Of a stretch of DNA of 64,000 bases, positions 31,353 to 46,619 are shown piece after piece. This DNA comes from the human T2T-CHM13v2.0 reference genome, Homo sapiens, in NCBI RefSeq assembly GCF_009914755.1, contig NC_060933.1. One strand, 5' to 3'. Position numbers and translations under genes: made by a program. How positions within the stretch are numbered: position 1 is the first letter of the stretch; each line of letters starts with the position of its first letter. Below the pieces are notes generated by a model, which ran no database searches, had not been told where the DNA came from, and saw only the letters and a list, made by a program, of their open reading frames with translations.

Positions 31353-34225
31353 AGAAGGCCCATGAGGGGAAGGTGAGACACCTGGGGCAAAGAAAAAAAA
31401 AAATGCGCCGCGAAGCAGTGTCTGGGTCATCCACGGACGAAAGTTTTTTTCCCATCAGCCCTTGCGCTGGGCCCCAGGGACCCTGGCATCCCTGGTTCGC
31501 GCCCATGGTGCGCCTCGGGCGACTAGGGGTACCCCAACTCGGACAGAAGCCCCATGAGTGGAAGTTGAAGTTTGTGGGAAGAGAGGTGAGGCACCATGGG
31601 CAGAAAAAAAAAAAAAGAGGACCGCGCTTCAGAGAAGCGGGGCCTGGGTCCACCACGGATGAAAGTGCCTTCCCATCAGGCCCTATGCTGTGCCCGGTGG
31701 ACCCTGGCGACCCTGGTTTGAGCCCAGGGTGCGCCTCGGGACCGCTTGGGGTACCACAAAGCGAACAAAAGGTCCATGAGGGGAAGGTGAGGCACCTGAG
31801 GCAGAGAAAAAAAAACGCGCCACCGAGAAGCAGTGCCTGGGTCCCCCACGGATGAAAGTGCCATCCCATCAGCCCCTTCGCTGGGCCCTGGGGACCCTGG
31901 CGTCCCTGGTTTGACCCCAGGGTACGCCTCGGGCCAGTATGGGTACCCCAAGGTGGGCAGAAAGCCCCTAAGGGGAAGGTGAGGCACCTGGGGCAGAGAA
32001 AAAAAAAAAAACTTCGCCACAGAGAAGCACGGCCTGGGTGCCCCACGGACGAAAGTGTGTTCCCATCAGTCCCTGCACTGGGACCAGGGACCCTGGTGTC
32101 CCTGGTTCGAGCTCAGGGTGTGCTTTGGCCGCTAATTGCACCCCAAGGGGGGCTTTGGGCGCACAAAGCCCATGAGGGGAAGGTGAAATTTGAGGGAGGA
32201 GAGGTGAGGCAACTGTCATAGAAAAAGAAAAAAAAAACCCGCGCCGTGGAGAGGTGGGGCCTGGGTCCCCCACGGATGAAAGTGCCTTCCCATCAGCCCC
32301 TGCGCTGGGCCCCGGGGAACCTGGGGTCCCTGGTTCGAGCTCAGGGAGAGCCTCGGGCCACTAGGGGTACCCCAACGCGGTGGAAAGCCCATGACAGGAA
32401 AGTGAGCTGTGAGGGAGGAGAGGTGAGGCACTTGTGGCAGAAAAGAAAAAAAAACCTCGCCACGGAGAAGGGAGGCCTGGGTTCCCCATGGAAGAAAGTG
32501 TCTTCCCATCAGACCCTGCGCTGGGCCCCAGGGACCCTGGCATCCCTGGTTTGAGCCCAGGGTGCGCCTCGGGCCGCTGGGGTTACCCAAAGGTGGACAG
32601 AAAGCCCATGAGGGGAAGGTGAGGCACCTGTGGCAGGAAAAAAAAAACGCGCCGCAGTGAAGCGGGGCCTGGGTCCCCCACTGAGGAAAGTGCCTTCCCA
32701 TCAGGGCTTGCGCTGGACCTCGTGGACACTGCGACCCTGGTTCGAGACCAGGGTGCGAATAGGGCCCGCTAGGGGTGCCCCAAAGCGGGCAAAAGGCCTA
32801 TTAGAGGAAGGTGAGGCACCCGGGCAGAGAAAAAAAACCGCGCCACTGAGAAACGGGGCCTGGGTCCTCCACGAACGAAAGTGTCTTCCCATCAGCGCCT
32901 GTGCTGGGCCGCACGGACCCTGGCGTCCCTGGTTCAGCCACAGGGTGTGCCTTGGGCCGCTAGCGGTACCTCTAGGCGGGCAGAGGGCCCATGAGGGGAA
33001 GGTGAGGTTTGAGGGAGGAGAGGTGAGGCACCTGCGGCAGAAAAAAAAAAAAGCTCACCTCGGAGAAGCGGGCCCTGGGTCCCCCACGGACAAAAGTCCC
33101 TTCCCATCAGCGCTGCGCTGGGCCCCGGGGACACTAGCATCCCTGACTCGAAACCAGGGTGAGCCTCGGGCCCGCTAGGGGTACCCAAAGGAGGTCAGAA
33201 AGCCCATGAAGGGAAGGTGAGGCACCTGGGGAAGAGAAAAAAAAAAACCCTGCAGAGGAGCAGAGCTTGGGTCCCCCACAGACGAAAGTGTCTTCCCATC
33301 AGCCCCTGAGCTGGGCCCTGTGGACCCTGGCATCCCTGGTTAGAGCCCAGGGTGCGCCTCAGCTTGCTAGGGGTACCCCAAGGCGGGCAGAAGGCCCATG
33401 ACGGGAAGGTGAGACACCTGGGGCAGAGAAAAAAATTAAAAACCGCTCCGCCTAGAAGCGGGGCCTGGGTCCCCCACGGAAGAAAGTGCCTTCCGATGAG
33501 CCCCTGTGCTGGGCCCTGGGGACACTGGCGTCCCTGGTGTGAACACAGGGTGCACCTCGGGACTGCTAGGGTATCCCAACGTAGGCAGAAGGCCCCTGAG
33601 GAGAAGGTGAGGCACCTGGGGCAGAGAAAAAAAACCGCGCCGCCGAGAAGCGGGCCCTGGGTCCCCCACGGATGAAAGTGTCTTCCCATCAGCCCCTGCA
33701 CTGGGCCCCAGGGACCCTGGCGTCCCTGGTTCGAGCCCAGCGTGTGCCTGGGGCCGCTAGGGGTGCCCCAAAGCGGGCAGAAGTCCCATGAGGGGAAGGT
33801 GACCCACCTGGGGCAGAGAAAAAAAAAAAACACGCCTCAGAGAAACGGGGCCTGGGTCCCCCACGGAAGAAAGTGTCTCCCCATCAGCCCTTGCGCTGAG
33901 CCCCGGGGACCCTGGCATCCCTGGTTCGAGCCCAGGGTATGCCTCGGGCCGCTAGGGGTACCCCAAGGTGGACAGAAGGCCCATGAGGGGAAGGTGAGGC
34001 ACCTGGGGCAGAGAAAAAAAAAAACTGCGCCGCCAAGAAGTGAGGACTGGGTCCCGACGGACGAAAGTGTATTCCCATGAACCCTTGCGCTGAGCCCCAG
34101 GGACTCTGGCACCCTTGGTTCGAGTCCAGTGTGTGCCTAGGGCGGCTAGGGGTACCCCAAGTCGGACAGAAGGCCCATGAGGGGAAGTGAGGTTTCAGGA
34201 AGTAGAGGTGAGGCACCTGTGGCAG
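31353..34225. repeat. Gamma-satellite (GSATII-like) array, ~15 monomers of ~190-220 bp
   Basis: Recurrent GAAGGCCCATGAGGGGAAGGTGAGGCACCTGGGGCAGAG(A)n...CCCATCAGCCCCTGCGCTGGGCCCC...GGTTCGAGCCCAGGG. Confidence 0.8.
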
Positions 34226-35960
34226 GTGTCCATCTGTAAACTGTTTATCCATGTGAGCCCTGATGTCCACCAGGGGCTGGATGTCCCCCTGGGGCTAGAT
34301 GTTCGCCTGGAGCCTGGTGCCCACCTGGGGCCTGATATCCAGGAGAGGCTTAGTTATCCACCTATGGCCATCTGGAGCCAGATGCCCACCTGAGGTCTGG
34401 TGTACACCTAAGGCCTGATATCTACCTGGGGCTTGGGTGTTCATGTGGGGCCTGATGTCTACCTAAGACCATGTGTTCACCTGGAGCCTGGGTGACCATC
34501 TGGGTTATGATGTTCAGCTGGGGCCCAGAGTTCAGCTGGGGACTGGGTCAACCTTCTGCTTGTTGCATACCTGGGGACTAGGTACCCACCTGGGCTCCGG
34601 TGTTCACTGGAGCCTGATGTCTACCTGGGGCCTTGTATTTACCTAGGACCAATGCATCCACCTGGGGTCTGAGTGCCCTCATGGAGCCTGGAGTTTTCCT
34701 GGGGCCTGGGGTCTGCCTTAGGCTTAAGTGTACATCTGTGGCCTCATGTCCACCTTGGGATGGATGTCCACCTGGGGATGGATATTCAGTAGGGATCTGA
34801 GTGTCCACTTGGTTTGTGATGTCTACCTGGGGCCTGGTGTTCATCTGAGGTTTGATTTCCACCTGGGACCTGGACATTTGCCTGGAACCTGATGTACAGC
34901 TGGTGCCTGAAGTTCATCTATGCCTGGTGTCCCCCTGGGGCCAGGTAGTCAACACGGGGTCTGAAGACCTTCTAGAGTTCAGTGTTCACCTGGGGTCCGA
35001 AGTCCACATAGGGCTTGGGTGTCCAAATAGGGCCTGGTGTCAGCTTGAGATTTGTGTATTTACCTAGGGCCTGGTTGTCCACTTGGGGCTTGATTTTTTA
35101 CTTGGTTTTTGTGTTAATTTGGGGTCTAGTGTCCACCTGGGGCCTAGGTATCCACCTAGGGACTATTGTCCAGCTGGAGACTAATGACTACCTATGGCCT
35201 GGTAATCACCTAAGGCTTTGTTTCACTTAGGTCCTTGGTGCCAAACTGTTGCCTGCTGTTCACCTGGGGTATGGTGTCCTCCTGGGGTCTGGATGTCAGC
35301 CTGGGGCTTGTTGTATACCTGTATCTTAGATATCCAGATAGGGGTCTATTTTCTGCTTAGGTGCAGCAGTCCATCTGGTGCTTGAGTGTCAACCTAAGGC
35401 CTGATGTCTATGTTGGACCTTGGGTTCACCTGAGGCCTGATATCCACCTGGGGCCTCAATGTCCAAATGGGGCCTGATGCCCATCTGGGCCCTTGGTGTC
35501 CACCTGCAGCATGGATGTCCACCTGGAGCCGAGGAATCCACCCAGGGACTGGTGTTGAACTGGGGCCTGATGACCACGCGGGGACAAGGTACACATCAGG
35601 CTTGATGTCCACCTGTCACCAGATGTCCACCTGAGTCCTGATGTCCATCTTGATCCTGGGTGTCCACATTAGGCCTGATGTCCAGCTGGGGCCTGGGTAC
35701 CCACTGGGGGCTTCCTGTTAACCTGGGGACTGGTGTCATTCTGGGTCCTAATGACCCCCTGGGTTGTATTATTCACCTAGGGTCTGGTGTCCACTTGGGG
35801 CTTGAGTGTAACCTTGGACCTGGCACCCACACAGGACTTGGGTATCAAACTGGCCCCTTGGTGTCCAGTTAAGACATCATGTGAATGTGGCGCCTGAGTG
35901 TCCACATGGGGCCAAGTGACTACTGGGGGCCTGAATGTCAACCTAGAATCTGAGGTTTAC
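34226..35960. repeat. Degenerate 18-19-bp minisatellite, consensus ~CACCTGGGGCCTGATGTC, ~90 units
   Basis: CACCTG-like cores at 35427, 35445, 35464, 35482, 35501, 35520; GC-rich but CpG-poor. Confidence 0.8.
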
Positions 35961-35967
35961 TAGATTA

Positions 35968-36170
35968 CTTAGTTCCGGAACCTCTGAGGATACCAAAATC
36001 TATTAATGTTCAAGTCCCTTACATAAAATAGTGTAGTATGTGCCTATAACTTATGTACATCCTCCCATATACTTTAAATCATCTGTAGATTACTTATAAT
36101 ACCTAATACAATGTAAGTGCTGTGTAAGTAGTTATTATACTGCATTGATAAGGTAATCATGACAAGAAAC
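35968..36170 (+). mobile_element. MER2 DNA transposon fragment lacking its left terminus
   Basis: GTTCCGGAACCTCTGAGGATACCAAAATC...CAAGTCCCTTACATAAAAT...ATACTTTAAATCATCT. Confidence 0.75.
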
Positions 36171-36956
36171 TCTAAACTCTACTATGGAAAGCTACACAGA
36201 GTCAACCTGTTTCTAACAATGGGTTTCTGTTACCTTCTTACCAAGCTCTAATTCTTGATAAAGTCTGCTTATTTTCCCCAAATGACTTTTAGATAAAATC
36301 TTTATTTTCAGTTTGCATAAAAGTTAGTGCTTATTCTGTGAATCTGACCCATACCATTATTTTCTTTTTGATCTGGGTCTCTGGCATTGGGGCGATTTGT
36401 AAAACTATATTAAAGTATTTGGGGGTGATTTACTAAACAGGTCATAGTTGTCCAAAAGAAATATTGAAGTATCCTGAGAGTTCAAATGTGATCAGTGGTT
36501 ATTGTACTTAAAACAATTACATAATAACATCATCCCCATGTTTTCAAAGTAGTATTGAATTAGGCTATTTGGGTCCTTATAGTAGGCATGGGTTTTCATA
36601 CCTTTCTGATAAATCTGACTGATGATAGGACTTGGACTAATATGTTGGCATTAAATATTATTTGAATCTGGTAAGAAAGAAAAATATATTGTATGCTTTT
36701 ATTAGAAATAGCAAATATCAGTTTATTTCATCATAGCCAGTTTTGCCATTTTATAGACAAAAACTTGATACTTTTGAGAGTTTAATTAAACACGATTCAG
36801 CTTTTCAGAGGAAGAAAGAAAAACTAAAGATCACAGAGAAAGCTTTTATACAAATTGTAGTTATAAAAAATGTTAATGTTTCTTGCTTCTAACTTTCTTT
36901 ACAATAAAGATTTTATTGTTTGGGTAAAGATAGAACATTCATTGTAAAAAAATTTA

Positions 36957-37350
<394 letters not shown>

Positions 37351-37391
37351 AAGTAGGTAAATTTTATTCCAGGGATCTCTCTATGCCAGTG

Positions 37392-37547
37392 CTACTTGGT
37401 AGTATGTTGAATGGCAGCCTCAGCCTCAGCTGGGAGCTTGTTAGAAATGCAAATTCTTGACCAACCCAGATCTACTGAATCAGAATCTCTAAGGGAGGGG
37501 GTCAAGCAAGCTGTTTTTAATAAGCCCTTCAGGTGATTCTTATACTG
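37392..37547. mobile_element. MER5A fragment
   Basis: CTGGGAGCTTGTTAGAAATGCAAATTC...CTACTGAATCAGAATCTCT...CAGGTGATTCT. Confidence 0.82.
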
Positions 37548-37549
37548 TA

Positions 37550-39995
<2,446 letters not shown>

Positions 39996-40019
39996 ATCAT
40001 ATTCTTTATGTTGTCATGG

Positions 40020-41400
40020 TTCTGTCGTAATTCTTTTAGTTCTATGTTTTAATAGTTTTGGTGCTCATTACCAGTACTGTTGCTTCTCCATTCCCGAGTT
40101 AGTCCATCTCCTGATTGAATTTCATTGTCAGGCAGTCTTTTCAAGATACAGGTACTGCATGCATTCTTTGGGTTCTTATACACTTCATTGATTCAAAATA
40201 TTTGTCTTTTGTTTTTATATTACTTGAAGGATTACTTGGCTAGGTATAAAATTTATCAGTCACACTTTTTTCCCCCTCAACTTTGTAAATGTTGTTCCAT
40301 AATCTCCTAGTGTTTGATTGGCTGGATTTCTTTGTCCAATGTTTTCTCCTTTTATTAGGAAGAATTTGTGAGTATTATAGTCTCTGAGTTTCAATGCTTG
40401 CTGTTTTCTTTAATGCTTGAGAATGTCTGTCTATTGCTTTCATTCCTGAAAAATAACTTGTTTGGGAACACTTTCATTAGAACTTTGTAGTCACTGTTTT
40501 ATTATTTTGGGACATCTAGTGTTACTGTAGAAAAGTGATTTTTCTCCCTCCCTCCTTGAAGGCACTTTTTTTTTTTAATCTAAAATGCCTGAGAGTTTTC
40601 TTCTTTATTTTTGAAATTCAGTATTATAAACAAGGTATATCTAAGTGTCACTTATAATCATTTTTGCCTAAATTATAATATGCCCTTAGTTCTTCTAAGA
40701 ACATTTTCCTTGTTTATTACCATGAATACTTTTTTTTGGTCAAATTATTAGATCCTCTACTTCATGACACCAGTTTTTTTAATACTGAATTTTCTTTTGT
40801 TCTTCGTATGTATTCTAATTGCTTTGATTTGTCTTTTACCTTTGCATTTACTGTGATCATCTGAAGCCTTTCTTTTTGTCAGTAATTCTGTTTTCTCCAG
40901 TGTCTGTCCTGTTTTTGATATTTTAAATGAATTAATTGGTTAAGTCATTAATTATTAATTAATTGGTTAAGTCAATAATTAAATTATTAATAATTATTAA
41001 TTAATTGGTTAAGTCAATAATTAAAAATAATTAATTGGTTAAGTCATATAGGCTCTAAGTTTCTTTAGCACTACAAACTGCATTTTCATCTTATTCTGCT
41101 TCTTCTTGCTTTTGAGCTTGTTTATTATAAGGTTGTATTGTTTTCAAGTTCTTCATTATGATGAAGTTGTTGAGAATTTTCTTTAGTTTTTATTGGGTTA
41201 TGTATCCTTCCAGAATGGGTTGGTTCTTTGCCATTTGTATGCCCTATTCATTTCTTCATTTTGTGTTCTTTCTTGCTTTTTATTCCCTGTATGTGTGTGT
41301 TTCTTTTTGTCAGGCTGTAATACATATGCATACATGTTTCTTCTTGATATGGGAGAACTTCTATGTGGTGCTGATGGGAAATATTTTTAATACTCCACTC
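40020..41400 (-). mobile_element. Ancient L1M fragments
   Basis: TTGAAGGATTACTTGGCTAGGTATAAAATT and similar T-rich L1 motifs. Confidence 0.5.
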
Positions 41401-42032
41401 TCCTTACCCAAGTTTGTTTTTCTCCTGAGCCCTAGTTTGAAAGCTGTATATTGTTGGAGTGGAGGGAAAGAGAAGGGAAAAGTGGTGATTCAGAGAGCCA
41501 AATGGGGCAATGTGGCTTTTAGGCTCTGCTCTCTTGAAGTACCAAGTATTTCACTCTTGGGTCTGCCCAACTGCTTATGAATAAAATTCCTTTGCCTTGT
41601 ATGGGGACATCATTCGACCTCAGACCTCTCATTTCTCTTTGTTCTGAGCCCTAGAATGTGACCTGACCTTCTCCTTCCCAAAGCATGGAGATGGTTAAAA
41701 CTCACTCTTGAAATTTTTTTGTTGACTTTTCCCTCTGTTGCTTATTCATTCCTCGGCTCTACTTTTTGCCATTTTGGAGTGTATTTCTGGTAAGTGTTTA
41801 GGATTTTGTAAACTATTTCCCTACAACCTCTTATTGGAGGTAGGGGTAGAGTTGGGAATGACCATCAATCACATATAACTTTGTTTCTTATTTTGACTAT
41901 CAGTCTTCAAAATTTATGGCAGGCCCTTTTATATTTGGTTGCTGCTAATAAAATGTTAGCCTTTTTGTTTTATTTTTTATTTTTATTTTTTGTTTTATTA
42001 GATTTTGAAGAAGGGAGATTCTAAAATGTAGT

Positions 42033-42248
42033 TCAGGTTTTCTCAGTGTCAGCACAAATAACATTTTGGGTTGGATAATTATTTGTTGTGAGGGGGTTGC
42101 CCTGTGCAGAGTAGGATATTTAACAACATCCCTGGCTTCTACCCACTAGATGCCAGTAGCATTCCCCTAGTTAAGACAACCAAAAACATCTTCAGACATT
42201 GCCAAATATTCCCTGGGGAGAAAAGCACCCTGGTTTGAGAGCCACTGA
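42033..42248 (+). mobile_element. MER20 hAT DNA transposon
   Basis: CAGGTTTTCTCAG...CATCCCTGGCTTCTACCCACTAGATGCCAGTAGCA...TTGAGAGCCACTG. Confidence 0.88.
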
Positions 42249-43734
42249 TCAATTTTGTTCATTCATCTTTACTCCTCCTAAATACCTACATCCAAATTTT
42301 AAATAGATCTTTCTCATGTAGTCTGGCAAGTATTATATCAAAGATAAATACCAGTTTTAGAATAAAGCATTAATATACTCTTACATTTCAACTTAAGAGG
42401 CAAATATTAACAGTAGGATTTGTAAACTATTTATTAGACTAAAAATCAATGAATTTTTAAAAATTACAAAATGATTTATGTATGTTAGATATTTTACTGA
42501 GTGAAAAAATTCATGCTTTTTTAAATGACTTATTGTTTGGAGTAGTGATACAGTAGATTTAATTTTCCCCCTCATTAATTAAAATCATGTTTTAGCCAAG
42601 AAAGTGAACAAAATTCTTATTGGCAATTCAGTTGTTTCCCGTTTTGGAGACTGACACTCTCCAGTTCTAAGTTAAATAATTGTCATGGTAAAGTAATTTC
42701 CTTGAAAAGAACGGACATTGATTCAGCCCCTGTTACTCACAAATGCTATTTGAGTCAAATTGGAAAACTATTAAGTTTTTGGGAAAAAAATCAATAGGTA
42801 TCAGGAAACCATTAGATCTTGTGGCCCTTGCTATATCTTGCATGAGTAATCACTGTAAACAGCTGACAGGTATTTCATTGTTGACACTGAGTGATGCTTG
42901 GGGGACCACATCTTGTCAGAGCAGGTGGACAGCTTTAGACGTTGGAATGAGTTTGATTATCCTTGTTTTTCTCCTACACTCATTCTTTTAGACAGCCCTG
43001 TCACTAACTGGGCCTGTGATGCTTTCAAAAATCAAATACTTTCCTTGCTGTCAGTTTTCTTTTTCTTGCGTTGTGGCATACTAATCAGGGTATGTGGTTT
43101 GGTACTGAACCAATTTCTGTCAAAAGCAAGTTTTAATTTATTATTTAGGAAAAATTTTTCCTAAGACCCAGGTTTTATACAGTCCTAAATAAATAGTGTG
43201 AGGAATAATTAGTAATGCCATAGAGTATATAATTTTACTTCTAGTTCTACACAGATTACAAGTAAATTTTTTTTGGGCAAGTGATTTTGGAATTATCTAT
43301 GTTTTGTTTTCCTTTTCCTTTAGAGTGATAATTCACTATTTATGATTGAATGATTATCATATTAAAGAGGTGAGAAAATAAAAATAAGTCTGATGTGCAC
43401 AAAGCCATACTGCTCAAATTGTTTGATAATATCTGTTAATTAAATTATTATGACATCGGTAGAAGAATGATGTTTTGTTTATATGTGGTTAGAATTGGTC
43501 TTTTTTAAAGGAAATAACAAGAGAGATGGAAATGGAATGGGTATAAATAGTAAAAGGTTCTATCACTATAATTCCCTTTTGCTCTAAATAGTTAAAGCTT
43601 CTATCACTATAATTTCCATAAGAAGATATATGTGTTTACCTGTTAATTTTATCAGGGCAAATTAAAACATGGATAGAATCATGTTTCTCAGTGTGAAGAA
43701 ATATTTTTATTTGATGAATATTATATATTTTCAG

Positions 43735-43794
43735 GTGCAGTGGCTTCTATGTTTTGGGTTGATGCTGAATTAGGGAGTGATATTTACCTTGATG
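43735..43794 (+). CDS. CBWD: ZNG1/CBWD exon (~exon 5): [21 protein letters not shown]
   Basis: ttttcag|GTGCAG...CTTGATG|gtaagt; 60 nt. Confidence 0.92.
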
Positions 43795-43798
43795 GTAA

Positions 43799-44239
<441 letters not shown>

Positions 44240-45325
44240 TAATGATGAAATCTTTGTTCATATAGATTAAAAAACCCCAGACAGTGGTGGAACTCGATGT
44301 CACTCAACTTCCAATTTAGTGCTTCCACTAAGGTTTTCTTTAAAAAAAAAAAATGCTTTGTAGGTATTCTGTATCCTCTGTTGTTTGATTTATGCCCTTA
44401 ATGTAATGTTAGAGCCTTTTATTTTAATCCTCCAGGCAATATGAGGATCATATTTTTGCTTTTATTTTCTCTTGAAGATAAGAATTAAACACTCCTCCCT
44501 TACTTTATTTACCTGAACACTTTTGGGCAATGATATGCCTTCATTTAAAATATATTAGAAACTTTCTTAGTTAAGCGACTATGTTTTCTCCCTTTCTCTT
44601 TCCCTTTTTCACCTTTTTAAAAACCAGTCGAAATTTTCTTACTTTTTCAAAAGTAATAATCATTAAGAAATTTAAGAATTATTAAGCTGGGCCCCATCAT
44701 TGAGCTCTAATATATGTGGCGGGTAACTGGTTGAATTCCTTAGGCATAAACTCATTCTTTTGTTATCAGCATATATTCAGAGATTGCAAAATGAATTGGT
44801 AGTTTGGAAACTTAGGCATATGTTATGTAAAACATTTATGAGTTGGATTTGGATTTGGCGAGAGATGTTAGGAATGATACCTTAAGATGTCTCATTCTTT
44901 AGGCAATAATTTAAATCTTAAGAAAAGTCTTGATTTTGATTATGTGAAAATAAACTAGAAATAACCTGTCTTATGTACTTATCACATTTGACTATGTTAT
45001 GAAATTTGACTTATATTTTGGATTGTAAGCTTTTTCAGTGCCAAGGAAATCTTATTTTCTTATTTATTTAATTTAAAATTTTTATTTGTTTTATATCTTC
45101 TCTAGTGCCTTAAAATAGTGCTAGCCACTCAGGAAATGCATTGACTTATTACTGGAATTTAATTAAATGGCAGCACTGGCAAGAGAAAAAAATAGTACAT
45201 TGTTTTATTGAGTAGTATTTGTGAACTGAAATAGGTTAGTTTTAATTTTCATTCTGAAGTATGGTTGCACAAGTATTAATAAGCATTCTTTTTAAAAAGT
45301 GATTAAAATGTTTTTTCCTTTGTAG

Positions 45326-45363
45326 GTATCATAACTATTGTGGATTCAAAATATGGATTAAAA
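45326..45363 (+). CDS. CBWD: ZNG1/CBWD exon (~exon 6): IITIVDSKYGLK
   Basis: tttgtag|GTATC...TTAAAA|gtaagt; 38 nt; phase matches the previous exon. Confidence 0.92.
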
Positions 45364-45782
45364 GTAAGTTGAAAGATTGCTATGAGTGGCTCATTATTGA
45401 GAGCTGGGAATATGGGGATTGATTGTTTAATTTTCTTTATGTTTGTATCTGAAATTTTCTTTAACAAAAACCTTTCTCAAAAAGATATCCTGAACAATAG
45501 GTGAAATTTGTGTTTTAATTATTAGTTTGTGTTAAATATTTCTTTTCTATTACTCTGAGTTTGATTTGGTGATAAAATTTGGAATTATAATTTGTAATAA
45601 GCATATGGGGTTAGGATAGAGTTTGGTATGTATAGCTCTTCACAAGGATTCAACCCCAATATTGGTAAGTTTTTCTGTTCCATAGAAGAAGCTGAGCTTG
45701 ATAAAGCATCTGAGATCTTATTTTTCTTGTTAAATTACTATTAAACACACACTGGAAATGAGTTTTTAAAAAATATTGAAGA

Positions 45783-45890
45783 CCTAGGTGATGGGTTAAT
45801 AGGTGCAGGAAACCACCATGGCACCCGTTTACCTATGTAACAAACCTGCACATCGTGAGCATGTACCCTGGAACTTAAAATTTAAAAAGT
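45783..45890 (+). mobile_element. Severely 5'-truncated L1PA 3' end
   Basis: AACCACCATGGCAC...ACCTATGTAACAAACCTGCACAT...GTACCCTGGAACTTAAAAT; flanked by ATATTGAAGA repeat. Confidence 0.82.
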
Positions 45891-45961
45891 ACATATTGAA
45901 GAAAATCAGGTTATACACATAGGATTAGTAAGAAGACTCTCTCCATTAAAAGGTATCTTGC

Positions 45962-45996
45962 ATCACTTCTTGGTCTTTTGGCTAAGATCAAGTGTA
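45962..45996 (+). pseudogene. RNU2: 3'-truncated U2 snRNA retrocopy (nt 1-35)
   Basis: ATCACTTCTTGGTCTTTTGGCTAAGATCAAGTGTA vs U2 ATCGCTTCTCGGCCTTTTGGCTAAGATCAAGTGTA (32/35); degenerate TSD. Confidence 0.85.
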
Positions 45997-46248
45997 AAAG
46001 ACATCCTGCTATGAATGTTTTTGTTAACTTCTAAGGTCCTAGAATGCATTTAAATGAGGTTTAATTTATAAAATGCATTTAGTAAGATCTTTAAAAGTAT
46101 GTTGTTACATACAGTAAAATGATGTTTCTCAACTTCCCAGGTGAAATACCACTAAAGGCAGAAGAGAATGAAATCATCCCACCCACTGACCCGTTCCCAA
46201 TCTGAGCATATGGATAGGGCCCAAAGCAGTAAGTTCTTAGAAGTTTAA

Positions 46249-46619
<371 letters not shown>

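Noticed and set aside
30687-32046. Long Arg/Ala-rich ORFs (187-385 aa)
   Set aside because: By-products of a stop-free 29-bp GC repeat open on both strands; no coding signature
31353-35960. CRISPR-like repeat/spacer array or coding ORFs
   Set aside because: Whole monomers repeat with no unique spacers, no cas genes, and the context is eukaryotic satellite DNA
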